Below, in pieces: positions 36,247 to 45,062 of a stretch of 55,548 nucleotides of DNA. Under the pieces are notes generated by a model that had not been told where the DNA came from, ran no database searches, and worked only from the letters and a program-made list of their open reading frames with translations. Each line of letters starts with the position of its first letter. The stretch's first letter is position 1. The translations under genes were made by a program, and so were the position numbers. Source of the stretch: a virus; UHGV virus genome UHGV-0016284. One strand, given 5' to 3'.

Positions 36247-36738
36247 ATGATTAGCCAATCGCTGAAAAACAAGATTGTTGCGGCGGCGGCTGGTGGGGCG
36301 ATCGCTATTGCGGGGGCGATGATAAAAGATCTTGAAGGCGTTGAGTATAAGCCATACAGAGATGTCATCGGTGTTTACACGATATGTTATGGACACGTCG
36401 GAAAAGACATCATGCTTGGTAAGACTTACACGCAATCAGAATGCGATGCTTTGTTAAATAAAGATCTACACAAGACCGCAAAAGCGATTGACCCATATAT
36501 CAAAGTCGAAGTATCAGATTTTACCCGCGCTGCACTTTATTCCTTCGCCTATAACGTAGGCGCAACCAACTTCAAAACATCAACCTTATTAAAGCTACTC
36601 AATGACGGCAAGAAATCGGAAGCGTGCGCACAGCTTAAGCGCTGGGTATACGCTGGCGGTAAGAAGTGGCAAGGCCTGGTTAACCGCCGCGATGTTGAAT
36701 ATGCCGTTTGCGAATGGGGTGAGAAATGGACAAGGTGA
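36247..36738 (+). CDS. SAR endolysin (lysozyme, GH24 / T4-lysozyme-like)
   Basis: Catalytic E-x8-D-x5-T triad in [22 protein letters not shown]; N-terminal weakly hydrophobic Gly/Ala-rich signal-anchor-release segment ([17 protein letters not shown]). Confidence 0.8.
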   Translation: MISQSLKNKIVAAAAGGAIAIAGAMIKDLEGVEYKPYRDVIGVYTICYGHVGKDIMLGKTYTQSECDALLNKDLHKTAKAIDPYIKVEVSDFTRAALYSFAYNVGATNFKTSTLLKLLNDGKKSEACAQLKRWVYAGGKKWQGLVNRRDVEYAVCEWGEKWTR

Positions 36739-37196
36739 AGACGTTAATCATCGCCGTTGTTGTTTGCATTATTGCCAGCCTTACCGCCGTAACGTGTTAT
36801 TACCAGGGTGAGGCAGCAAGGTTACAGGAAGAAGTCACGGTAACGAAAGGCGCACTGAAAACGGCAAGTAACACTATTCAGCAGATGAAGGAGCGAAACG
36901 CCGAACTGTCAAAACTTGATAAGAGGTATCACGATGAGATTAAAGCTATCAGATCTGACATTGCTGATCTGCGCACTGGTATTGACAATGGCACTATCAA
37001 GCTGCGCGTCAACGCCGTGCCAATGCGAACGGACAGTAATACCGGAGCCGCCAGCCGCATTGATGGAGCCTCCTGTAGACTCACTCCCGACGCTGAATCG
37101 GCTTATCTATCCCTCAGAGAACAACTAAAAACGAAAGACGCTCAGATCACTGGGTTACAGGACTACATAAAAACGCAGTGCTTACGCAAAGAATAA
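36726..37196 (+). CDS. Rz-like inner-membrane spanin
   Basis: N-terminal TM helix ([16 protein letters not shown]), coiled-coil periplasmic domain; overlaps the endolysin stop. Confidence 0.7.
   Translation: MDKVKTLIIAVVVCIIASLTAVTCYYQGEAARLQEEVTVTKGALKTASNTIQQMKERNAELSKLDKRYHDEIKAIRSDIADLRTGIDNGTIKLRVNAVPMRTDSNTGAASRIDGASCRLTPDAESAYLSLREQLKTKDAQITGLQDYIKTQCLRKE
36934..37128 (+). CDS. Rz1-like outer-membrane lipoprotein spanin, embedded in the +1 frame of Rz
   Basis: [26 protein letters not shown]: lipobox LSSC; Pro-rich mature peptide; fully nested inside the Rz gene. Confidence 0.6.
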   Translation: MRLKLSDLTLLICALVLTMALSSCASTPCQCERTVIPEPPAALMEPPVDSLPTLNRLIYPSENN

Positions 37197-37533
37197 CAGC
37201 GCGTGGACGTGTCGCCGTTTCCGCCAGCCAGCCATAACCGGGCCAATCCTTCCCGCGAGCGACGGCGGAAATTCAAAAACACGTAATACCGGATCAACAG
37301 TCCCATTAACAGGTCCGGCGCTACCTGGGTAGAAGAAAGCGCCATTTACTCACCTGCCATGCGTAGGACGAGCGCCCGGATCTGTTTATCAGAGATGTTA
37401 AGCAGGTCCAGTTTTATAAAATTCTGCAAACGGTACTCATGCAGTGCCGTTTTTAGTGTTTTATAGCTGTTTTCACTCCCTGCGGTGTCCAGTTTTGCGG
37501 GGGTTATACTTTTCAGGATAGAGGAATATTCTG

Positions 37534-38118
37534 ATGGCTAAGGCTAAAGGCATCAAGTTGCCTCAATTCAAAGTTCCGCTCTTTGAGCATACAATAGTTT
37601 TCTTCTGCCCGACCCGCGACATGTTTTATGAATTTTGCGAAAGGGCTGGAATACCAATTGAACCTGATTTCGAACTGGCAGGAGGGTTGACGCTTACTTG
37701 CACTGGTGAGAAAGGCGGTAACTTCTACGTGATCGCAGTATTCGATAATGAGCTTGGTACGCTGGTCCATGAAGCGGCGCATACGACATTCCACGTTCTA
37801 AGCGATGTAGGTGTCGTGGCAACCACTGATCCAACTCATCCGGCGAACGAGACTTATGCTTACATGGTAGGCCGCATCTTTGACGCATTCTTCCCAATCC
37901 TGGCTGAGTCAAACGAAGCACAGATTGCAGCTATGCAGGCCGCTGAAGTCGTAGAGAAGGCATTAGATCAGGCGGAAAAGGCGACCGATGCAGCAGAACA
38001 GGCAGTGGAACAGGTAGAGGAGCCGAAAGAAGAGAAAAAGCCAGTTAAGAAAGGCAAACGTAAGCCTAAAGCAAAAGAAGCGCTTGTACCGCGTGTTATG
38101 AGCTTTAAACGGGGGTGA
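37534..38118 (+). CDS. hypothetical protein with HExxH motif and Lys/Glu/Ala-rich C-terminal tail
   Basis: LVHEAAHTTFHVL (HEAAH...H) in a ~110-aa N-terminal domain; C-terminal low-complexity basic tail (EEPKEEKKPVKKGKRKPKAKE). Confidence 0.5.
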   Translation: MAKAKGIKLPQFKVPLFEHTIVFFCPTRDMFYEFCERAGIPIEPDFELAGGLTLTCTGEKGGNFYVIAVFDNELGTLVHEAAHTTFHVLSDVGVVATTDPTHPANETYAYMVGRIFDAFFPILAESNEAQIAAMQAAEVVEKALDQAEKATDAAEQAVEQVEEPKEEKKPVKKGKRKPKAKEALVPRVMSFKRG

Positions 38119-38120
38119 TT

Positions 38121-38189
38121 ATGGTTACTTTCCTGTTAGGTTTATTTATCGGAATGGCTGCGGCTGTAATATTGCTGGTTGGTGAATAA
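38121..38189 (+). CDS. minipeptide 1 of tandem array (22 aa, single TM helix)
   Basis: MVTFLLGLFIGMAAAVILLVGE; GGGGGTGA ribosome-binding site; starts 2 nt after the upstream stop. Confidence 0.4.
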   Translation: MVTFLLGLFIGMAAAVILLVGE

Positions 38190-38193
38190 TGTT

Positions 38194-38310
38194 ATGGATG
38201 ATTATATCATTGCCGGATTGATCGGCATTTCTGTATATCTGGTGGGTTTTATTGCAGTTGCACTAATAAACGCAAAGATCAAGCACTGGGGGGGGGGAGG
38301 GGCAAGATGA
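38194..38310 (+). CDS. minipeptide 2 of tandem array (38 aa); contains a G10 homopolymer
   Basis: MDDYIIAGLIGISVYLVGFIAVALINAKIKHWGGGGAR; GGTGA ribosome-binding site; the G10 tract at 38288-38297 encodes WGGGG. Confidence 0.4.
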   Translation: MDDYIIAGLIGISVYLVGFIAVALINAKIKHWGGGGAR

Positions 38311-38381
38311 TTGACCCGCTCATTATCCTTTCTGCCTGCGTCGCTGTATGGCTGGCTATCATGATATTCATTGAAAGCTAA
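38307..38381 (+). CDS. minipeptide 3 of tandem array (24 aa)
   Basis: MIDPLIILSACVAVWLAIMIFIES; ATGA overlap with peptide 2; GGAGGGG ribosome-binding site. Confidence 0.4.
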   Translation: MIDPLIILSACVAVWLAIMIFIES

Positions 38382-38392
38382 AGGTTCTCATC

Positions 38393-38467
38393 ATGAATAT
38401 TTACGATCTAATCTGGTGGTCGTTGGTCGCCGTCATTATCTATTTCTGGTGGAAGAATGTTGTATAG
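38393..38467 (+). CDS. minipeptide 4 of tandem array (24 aa)
   Basis: MNIYDLIWWSLVAVIIYFWWKNVV. Confidence 0.35.
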   Translation: MNIYDLIWWSLVAVIIYFWWKNVV

Positions 38468-38475
38468 GTGAAAGC

Positions 38476-38556
38476 ATGAACGCATACGAAATGCTATTGC
38501 TGGTGGCTGTTATTACAGTTATTGCCGTTGATTTCTATAGAGGGTTAAAAAGATGA
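38476..38556 (+). CDS. minipeptide 5 of tandem array (26 aa)
   Basis: MNAYEMLLLVAVITVIAVDFYRGLKR; AGGTGA ribosome-binding site. The track ORF 38371..38556 is a probable over-extension from a non-ATG start. Confidence 0.4.
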   Translation: MNAYEMLLLVAVITVIAVDFYRGLKR

Positions 38557-38639
38557 GAGAAGCAGACTTCTTTTGCATAATTATAGTGATCGTCATCGTT
38601 GCGGTGCTTTTAAGCGTTAACGGAATCGCAGGGGGTTGA
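38553..38639 (+). CDS. minipeptide 6 of tandem array (28 aa)
   Basis: MREADFFCIIIVIVIVAVLLSVNGIAGG; ATGA overlap with peptide 5. Confidence 0.4.
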   Translation: MREADFFCIIIVIVIVAVLLSVNGIAGG

Positions 38640-38641
38640 AA

Positions 38642-38710
38642 ATGAAATGGCTTGATTTCTTTTTCCTGATTGTCGCGATTGTTCTAACCATGACCGCGCT
38701 GACTCAATAG
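38642..38710 (+). CDS. minipeptide 7 of tandem array (22 aa)
   Basis: MKWLDFFFLIVAIVLTMTALTQ; GGGGG ribosome-binding site; starts 2 nt after the peptide 6 stop. Confidence 0.4.
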   Translation: MKWLDFFFLIVAIVLTMTALTQ

Positions 38711-38778
38711 GTTGTGGCTTGGACGCGCATTTTATGCGCTTCCTAAATTCAGCAAGTCAAATAAAGTGGACGGCAACA

Positions 38779-38862
38779 ATGAAAGAGCTATTCGACTGGT
38801 TGGAAGTATTAACATACTGCGCAAGTTTTGTGGCTTGCGTATATATCATCAACAAATATTAA
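38779..38862 (+). CDS. minipeptide 8 (27 aa)
   Basis: MKELFDWLEVLTYCASFVACVYIINKY; same architecture as peptides 4-7 (M-x-x-acidic, then hydrophobic helix); weak ribosome-binding site. Confidence 0.3.
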   Translation: MKELFDWLEVLTYCASFVACVYIINKY

Positions 38863-39017
38863 TGGGTGACGCGATGAATAATGAAGAACTAAAAATTGCT
38901 GATGAAGTCAGAAAGGCACTTGACGCGGCAGAAAACAATAAAACTATCTATCTTTCCGAGCGGGAAGTAGAAAAGATGATGGATGAATTTAAATTAAAAT
39001 TTGAAAAAGATAATTGA
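38862..39017 (+). CDS. small acidic helical protein (51 aa)
   Basis: MGDAMNNEELKIADEVRKALDAAENNKTIYLSEREVEKMMDEFKLKFEKDN; start overlaps the peptide 8 stop; lies just before terminase. Confidence 0.35.
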   Translation: MGDAMNNEELKIADEVRKALDAAENNKTIYLSEREVEKMMDEFKLKFEKDN

Positions 39018-39027
39018 GAGGTGAATT

Positions 39028-39513
39028 ATGGCCCGCACTAAAAAGGCAAAGGCTGACGATAAAAAGCCAGCGGCTAAAAAGGTGGGCCGTCCGCATGGTT
39101 ATACCGAAGAAAAGGCATTAGAGATCTGTGAGCTGGTGGCGGACGGTCAGAGTATTAACAAGATTTCGAAGATGCCTGATATGCCTGCGCGTTCAACAAT
39201 CCTTAAATGGTTCAGAGACGTGCCGGAATTCTCGGACATGTACATGCGCGCGAAGGAAATCGGCTTCGAGGTATTAGCTGATGAGATCATCGATATAGCC
39301 GATGCGGCGGAGAATATCGATAAAGACGAATGCCGCCGCCATCAACTGATGATTGAAACCCGTAAATGGCTATTGGCAAAACTGCAACCGCGTAAGTATG
39401 GTGAACGCGTTACACAGGAGATCGTCGGCAACAGGGAAGAAGCGCCCGTACAGGTAGAAGTCACAAAAGAAGAGATCGCCCGCATCGTTCAGGAAGTAGA
39501 AGATGAGGTGTGA
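39028..39513 (+). CDS. terminase small subunit
   Basis: GRPHGYTEEKALEICELVADGQSINKISKMPDMPARSTILKWFRDVPEFSDMYMRAKEIGFEVLADEIIDIADAA matches the common phage small-terminase HTH family; directly precedes the large subunit. Confidence 0.8.
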   Translation: MARTKKAKADDKKPAAKKVGRPHGYTEEKALEICELVADGQSINKISKMPDMPARSTILKWFRDVPEFSDMYMRAKEIGFEVLADEIIDIADAAENIDKDECRRHQLMIETRKWLLAKLQPRKYGERVTQEIVGNREEAPVQVEVTKEEIARIVQEVEDEV

Positions 39514-39515
39514 TT

Positions 39516-40994
39516 ATGTTGACAATCAAAGAACGAGTTATTCAGTCCAAATGTGAAAACGATGGCCTGTTTTTCAATCGCTACTTTTACAAGCAAGCGA
39601 ACGGAACGAAGATGTTAATCTCAGGCCATCATTTAGCTATCCGCGACGCACTGCAACACGTTGTCAATGGTGAGATAACCCGACTCATCATTAACATTCC
39701 CCCAGGGTACGGCAAAACCATGATCGCTACTATCAACATGATGGCGCGGTCCCTCGCAATAAATCCCCGCACAAGATTCCTTCACGTTTCCTATTCCAAC
39801 AACCTGGCGCTACTCAACTCCTCGACCGTAAGAAACATGATTTGTACGCCTGAATATCAGGCAATGTGGCCCATGAGGATCCGCAACGATGCAAACTCAA
39901 AATCGATGTGGTGGACTGAATACGGTGGCGGCGTGTATGCAACGTCATCGCTGGGCCAGGTAACTGGGTTCCGTGCTGGGTATATGGAACCGGGATTCAA
40001 CGGTGCGTTAATCATCGACGACCCATTAAAACCCGCTGACGCTTACTCAGACGTGGTGAGAAAGCAGGTTAACACTAACTATAACGACACGCTTGCTTCA
40101 CGTCTGGCAGTGCAAACGACGCCTGTTATCGTCATTATGCAGCGCATCCACTACGATGATTTGTCCGGCTACCTGCTACGCGGTGGGAGCGGTGAAAAAT
40201 GGTATCACCTTAACCTGCCAGTGAAGATCGACAACAGCGTTGACTATCGGGATTTGTACCCTGAAAACGAGTTCGCCATCCCTATTGCTCACAACCTGCC
40301 AGATGGCTGGCTGTGGCCTAAAAAGCACAATGACGCCCATGAAGCTGGATTGAAGGCACACAGACGGTCATTTGAGGCCCAGTACATGCAGCGCCCGCGT
40401 AAATTCGACGAAGAGGGTGCATTGTGGACTGAAGCGATGATAACCGCAGCGCACCGGATGCAGATAACGCAGGACAAGATCCGCACGGTGATAGCCATTG
40501 ACCCAGCGACAACGTCATCTGATGAGTCTGACGAAACGGGGATCGTGGCGTGTTCCGCATATGGTGGCGGCAAGAATGCTCAGTATTCTGTTGATGGTGA
40601 CTATTCAGGCCGCATGTCGCCTAACGACTGGGCGCAAGCATCAATGAACGCCTACAACATCCATGAAGCTGACGCGATGGTTATCGAAACCAACCAGGGT
40701 GGGGAAATGGCAGAGGCCACACTACGCAATGCAGGATTTAAGGGCCGCATTGTTAAGGTGCACGCAAGTAAAGGTAAATTCGCCCGCGCCGAACCAATAT
40801 CAGCACTATATGCCCAGGGCAGAGTAGCCCACACTGGCAGCCTGTACACGCTGGAAAATCAAATGATGGAATACGTGCCAGCTACCGCTAAAAAATCCCC
40901 TGACCGTATGGATGCGATGGTATGGGGCATCACTGAATTAAGCCAACCACAGGCAATGGGCCTCATGTTACCCAAGCGCCTACGCGGATTTTAA
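39516..40994 (+). CDS. terminase large subunit
   Basis: Walker A-like PPGYGKT; ATPase plus nuclease-size architecture (493 aa); GAGGTG ribosome-binding site before ATG 39516. Confidence 0.85.
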   Translation: MLTIKERVIQSKCENDGLFFNRYFYKQANGTKMLISGHHLAIRDALQHVVNGEITRLIINIPPGYGKTMIATINMMARSLAINPRTRFLHVSYSNNLALLNSSTVRNMICTPEYQAMWPMRIRNDANSKSMWWTEYGGGVYATSSLGQVTGFRAGYMEPGFNGALIIDDPLKPADAYSDVVRKQVNTNYNDTLASRLAVQTTPVIVIMQRIHYDDLSGYLLRGGSGEKWYHLNLPVKIDNSVDYRDLYPENEFAIPIAHNLPDGWLWPKKHNDAHEAGLKAHRRSFEAQYMQRPRKFDEEGALWTEAMITAAHRMQITQDKIRTVIAIDPATTSSDESDETGIVACSAYGGGKNAQYSVDGDYSGRMSPNDWAQASMNAYNIHEADAMVIETNQGGEMAEATLRNAGFKGRIVKVHASKGKFARAEPISALYAQGRVAHTGSLYTLENQMMEYVPATAKKSPDRMDAMVWGITELSQPQAMGLMLPKRLRGF

Positions 40995-41072
40995 AATCTG
41001 CCTCACAATCCCCCACAAGTTTTTCTATTTTTCGCGTAGCAACGCGTAAACATGTATTCAGGAGTAAACATT

Positions 41073-42443
41073 ATGCCATCAAATTTAGATTTGGCGGTTA
41101 ATGCTGCCTTGTCACAACGTCAGGCGGCCTATGCCCGCTATGCAGCCGCCAACCCATTCACTATGGGGATAGATGCCAAACGTGATTCTGCATGGAGTGA
41201 ATACGGATTCAAAGAAGAGATCACATATAGCGACCTATACAAATTGTATCGACGTGGCGGTATCGCTCATGGTGCTGTAGAAAAGATTATTACAACTTGC
41301 TGGCGCACAATGCCAATGATGATCGAGGGAACAGAAGACGAGAAAGCGGAAACGGAAACACCCTGGGAAAGAGAAATCAAGAAACGGTTTGATAACAGGT
41401 TCTGGCGCATCATTGCCGAATGTGACCGCCGCCGCCTCATTGGTCGTTATGCTGGCCTGTTGATTCATGTCAGAGATAACCAGCCGTGGGATCAGCCAGT
41501 GACAAAAGGCGTAGGCATTGCCAAATTTACCCCGGTATGGGCTGGCGCTCTTACACCGAAGGACTTCGAAGAAAACCCTGATAATGAAAACTATGGCCTA
41601 CCTACATGGTGGGAATACAAGGAACGCATTAACAATAAGACCATTGCAAGAAAGATCCACCCTGACCGCATATTTATCTTTGGTGACTATTCTGATGATG
41701 CTATCGCCTTCCTTGAACCGTCATATAACGCCTTTGTGTCACTGGAGAAAGTGGAGGGGGGTAGCGGTGAATCATTCCTGAAAAACGCCGCCCGTCAGCT
41801 TGCTATCTCATTCGATAAGGAAATCGACTTCCGTTCCCTGGCTGCAACATACGATTGCGACGTTACAGAGCTACGCGAAAGATTCAATGAGGCTGCGGCT
41901 GAAATGAACAAGGGTAACGATGTGATGATGGCATTACAAGGGGCGACAGTAAGCCCGCTGGTGACTGCCGTATCTGACCCGTCAGCAACCTATGACGTCA
42001 ACCTGCAAACCGCCGCCGCTGGTATTGATATTCCAACCCGCATCCTGATTGGGAACCAGCAGGGGGAACGCGCATCAACTGAAGACCTCCGCTATTTCAA
42101 CAGTCGCTGCATGACACGCAGGGAGGAAATCGGGGGTGAGCTTGAAGATCTGTTTCGCAAGATGGCAGATCTCCGCCTTATCAGTATGCCAGTCGATGTA
42201 TCAGTCTTATGGGACGACCTAAACGCCATGACCAAAGCCGAACTACTGGAAGCGGCATACAAAATGGCACAAATCAATCAGGCTTGTTTGGCTACTGGTG
42301 AAGAAATATTTAGCGGTGATGAGATCCGCGAGGCTGCCGGATACGAAGGCCCAGCCAGTGAGGTAGAAACGGAAGAGGAGGACGATGATGAAGGTGAAAA
42401 AGATAATCAGGCGAATACCTCCAGCCGCGATAATGCCATCTAA
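41073..42443 (+). CDS. portal protein (by position and size; family not resolved)
   Basis: 456-aa protein directly after terminase; acidic C-terminal tail (ETEEEDDDEGEKD); AGGAG ribosome-binding site before ATG 41073. Confidence 0.6.
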   Translation: MPSNLDLAVNAALSQRQAAYARYAAANPFTMGIDAKRDSAWSEYGFKEEITYSDLYKLYRRGGIAHGAVEKIITTCWRTMPMMIEGTEDEKAETETPWEREIKKRFDNRFWRIIAECDRRRLIGRYAGLLIHVRDNQPWDQPVTKGVGIAKFTPVWAGALTPKDFEENPDNENYGLPTWWEYKERINNKTIARKIHPDRIFIFGDYSDDAIAFLEPSYNAFVSLEKVEGGSGESFLKNAARQLAISFDKEIDFRSLAATYDCDVTELRERFNEAAAEMNKGNDVMMALQGATVSPLVTAVSDPSATYDVNLQTAAAGIDIPTRILIGNQQGERASTEDLRYFNSRCMTRREEIGGELEDLFRKMADLRLISMPVDVSVLWDDLNAMTKAELLEAAYKMAQINQACLATGEEIFSGDEIREAAGYEGPASEVETEEEDDDEGEKDNQANTSSRDNAI

Positions 42444-43329
42444 CACCGAAGACCCGACCATGACAGGGAAGTTAAGGTCTGGTGCTATCAAGCGTTTTAA
42501 AGCCTGCCTGAAGAAAGTAGCCGATCCGTATATTGCCATACTGGACAGAATACAATATACCCTGGCTGTTAATAAAAAATACACCTTCCAGATCTACATC
42601 GACGAATTACATGATTTGCTGGAAGACGCCAGCGACATGATTGATGAAATATTCGAGTTAACCGACCCGGAAGACTTCTGGTTCTGGCAGGAATACGTGA
42701 AGGTGGCGTATCAGCGTGGCACTTCCCAAGAGTACGCTAACCTCGCCAATCAGTCAGTTACATATTCCAGGGCTTACCCCGAAGTGTCAGCGGTATTAAC
42801 CAGCCAGACCTATCGCACGCGCCTTGCCCTGGTTCGTACCCGTGTATTTGAAGAGATGCGCGGGCTGACCGCGCAGATCAAGAAGGATATGGCCCGCCGA
42901 TTAACTGAAGGTATGGCCCGTGGCTTAAACCCACTTGAAATAGCGCGCACATTGCAGCAGGAAACGCAATTGCCGCTATACAGGTGCAAGCGTATTGCCC
43001 GTACTGAAATATGTACAGCGTTGCGCACAGCGCGTATGGATGAGGCAGAAGCAGCTTCAGAAGAGCTTAACTTGCGCACTATGCAAATGCACATTTCGGC
43101 ATTGTCACCGACTACCAGGCTATCACACGCACAGCGACACGGGAAAACATACACCATAGAAGAGCAGCGCGAATGGTGGAGCAGATCACCAAACTCGATA
43201 AATTGCAAATGTGTATGTATTACCGTATTAGTTGACGAAGACGGTAATATATTAAACAAACGAATATTAGATCGGGCGCAAGAAAACTATAAGGTTGCGC
43301 ACGCTAAATATGGCGAAGATTGGGAGTAA
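42385..43329 (+). CDS. head morphogenesis protein (Mu F / SPP1 gp7-like minor capsid protein)
   Basis: Position after portal; conserved-looking central region (RIARTEICTALRTARMD...SHAQRHGKTYT); GGAGGA ribosome-binding site before ATG 42385; overlaps the portal 3' end in another frame. Confidence 0.55.
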   Translation: MMKVKKIIRRIPPAAIMPSNTEDPTMTGKLRSGAIKRFKACLKKVADPYIAILDRIQYTLAVNKKYTFQIYIDELHDLLEDASDMIDEIFELTDPEDFWFWQEYVKVAYQRGTSQEYANLANQSVTYSRAYPEVSAVLTSQTYRTRLALVRTRVFEEMRGLTAQIKKDMARRLTEGMARGLNPLEIARTLQQETQLPLYRCKRIARTEICTALRTARMDEAEAASEELNLRTMQMHISALSPTTRLSHAQRHGKTYTIEEQREWWSRSPNSINCKCVCITVLVDEDGNILNKRILDRAQENYKVAHAKYGEDWE

Positions 43330-43334
43330 AAATC

Positions 43335-44603
43335 GTGAGTAAAGAACTGATTCAGGTTAATACCAAATTAACCGCTAATACCATCCGCCGGGAAACATAT
43401 AACGGGCGTGAACACATTGTAGTCCCGTCGTATACGTTGCCCTTCAATATCGTTATGAATCGTGAATATTACCCGGAAGCCGAAATCATTGCTAATTATC
43501 AGTCACTGGAAGGCACACTCGCACCGCTGGGCCATCCTACGGTTGACGGTGAATTTGTTTCCGCATTTAGCCCGGAAGGTCTGAATATTGGCTTTTGTGG
43601 AGCGTGGAACAGAAATGTTGAATTACGCGGCAACCGTGTTTATGTGGAAAAATGGGTGGATGTTGAAACCGCCAGCCATTCAGAACAAGGCCGCGAATTA
43701 TTAAGCCGACTGGAAGCACTGGAAAAAGGCGAAAGCAAAGATCCGATCTGGTCATCTGTTGCCGTATATCGTCAGCGTATGCCAGCTACTGAAGAAATGA
43801 AAGCCCAGGGCGCTGACAGCGTTGTCAAAATCATGTCGATTGACCATGACGCCATCTTACTGCATGAACCGCCAGCCGCATCGCCTGAACAGGGCGTTGG
43901 CCTGATGGTTAACACTGACCAGGCGAAGCCGTTAATGGCGGTGGCAATGAAAGAAAACAGCTATCGCACGCTTGAAAGACAACTTGAGGAAGCGGCGCGT
44001 AAACTGTTCCCCGATGCAGATTATGTCTATGTCGTGGACTTCACTGATAAAGAAGTGACGATTGCTACTAACGCTGAAAATGCTCAAGTTTGCACGTATG
44101 AAAAACAGGCTGATAAAATAATTCTCAATAATGGCGAGCTTGCAACCAATGAGGAAAGTAAATCATGGTTCGCTCAGTTCGCTGAACACCTATCCAATCT
44201 TTTCTCACTGAATGAAAAAATTAAGGCCAATAAATCGGAGGACGATCCCATGCCTTTGACCAAAGAAGAACGCGCCGAACTGGTAAAAGAAATTAACGAA
44301 GGCTTAGCCGCTAATATCGCCAATGCAGTAGCAGAGGCATTAAAACCAGTGCAGGCAAGCGTTGAAGAATTACAGACCAATCAGAAAGCGATTAAAGAAG
44401 AGATCGCAGCAAACGCAAATAAAGAAGTAGCAGAAAAACGCGCCGCAGTTGCGAAAGTACACGGCGAAATTGTTGCTAACGCATTAAGCGGTGAAGCGTT
44501 AGAAGCAATGTTTAAATCCCTGGGCAAAGCCGCGCCGATGGCAACCAACGCAGCAAGCGAAGGTAAAAAAGGCGAAGTACCAGACTTTAACACTTATTTC
44601 TAA
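43335..44603 (+). CDS. putative prohead scaffolding / protease-like protein
   Basis: Precedes the capsid gene; C-terminal half is Ala/Glu/Lys-rich coiled coil typical of scaffolds. GTG start with GGAG ribosome-binding site (track start 43320 is TTG). Confidence 0.45.
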   Translation: MSKELIQVNTKLTANTIRRETYNGREHIVVPSYTLPFNIVMNREYYPEAEIIANYQSLEGTLAPLGHPTVDGEFVSAFSPEGLNIGFCGAWNRNVELRGNRVYVEKWVDVETASHSEQGRELLSRLEALEKGESKDPIWSSVAVYRQRMPATEEMKAQGADSVVKIMSIDHDAILLHEPPAASPEQGVGLMVNTDQAKPLMAVAMKENSYRTLERQLEEAARKLFPDADYVYVVDFTDKEVTIATNAENAQVCTYEKQADKIILNNGELATNEESKSWFAQFAEHLSNLFSLNEKIKANKSEDDPMPLTKEERAELVKEINEGLAANIANAVAEALKPVQASVEELQTNQKAIKEEIAANANKEVAEKRAAVAKVHGEIVANALSGEALEAMFKSLGKAAPMATNAASEGKKGEVPDFNTYF

Positions 44604-44619
44604 TTAAAAGGGGATCACA

Positions 44620-45045
44620 ATGTTTCGTTTTCGTCGTGTAAATATTGATGGTAAGTCAATTACCGAAACCTATGCAGCCAATGAGGCGGTGAAGCCTGGT
44701 GAACTGGTTAAACTGGCTGAAGGTAAATTCGCTAAAGCAGCCCTTGCAGATGTTGGCAAGGCCCAACTTTTCATCGTTAACCCGGCATTCCATGAAGGCA
44801 AAACCATTGCTGATGAAATTGCTAAAGACGCAACCGTTGTTGCTGATTATGTGGAACAGGGTCGTGAGTTTGCTCTCCGTGTTCCTGCTGGAGAATACAA
44901 AAAAGGGGCAGCTATCGCTCTTTCGGCTACTGGCGTGAAACTGTTTGCCGCACCGGAAAGTGGTGCCGCAGACCCAATCATTGCGTACTGCCAGGAAGAC
45001 GTAACCCTGGAAGGCGTTGACTTCATCCGCGTTCGCGTCGCTTAA
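44620..45045 (+). CDS. putative head decoration / minor capsid protein
   Basis: 141-aa protein between scaffold-like and major capsid genes. Confidence 0.4.
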   Translation: MFRFRRVNIDGKSITETYAANEAVKPGELVKLAEGKFAKAALADVGKAQLFIVNPAFHEGKTIADEIAKDATVVADYVEQGREFALRVPAGEYKKGAAIALSATGVKLFAAPESGAADPIIAYCQEDVTLEGVDFIRVRVA

Positions 45046-45062
45046 TTTAAAAGGGGAAAAAC

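Noticed and set aside
37346-37540. Minus-strand open frame with protein-like translation but no start codon
   Set aside because: No ATG/GTG/TTG with a ribosome-binding site in frame; treated as a possible decayed remnant (mentioned in findings) rather than a gene.
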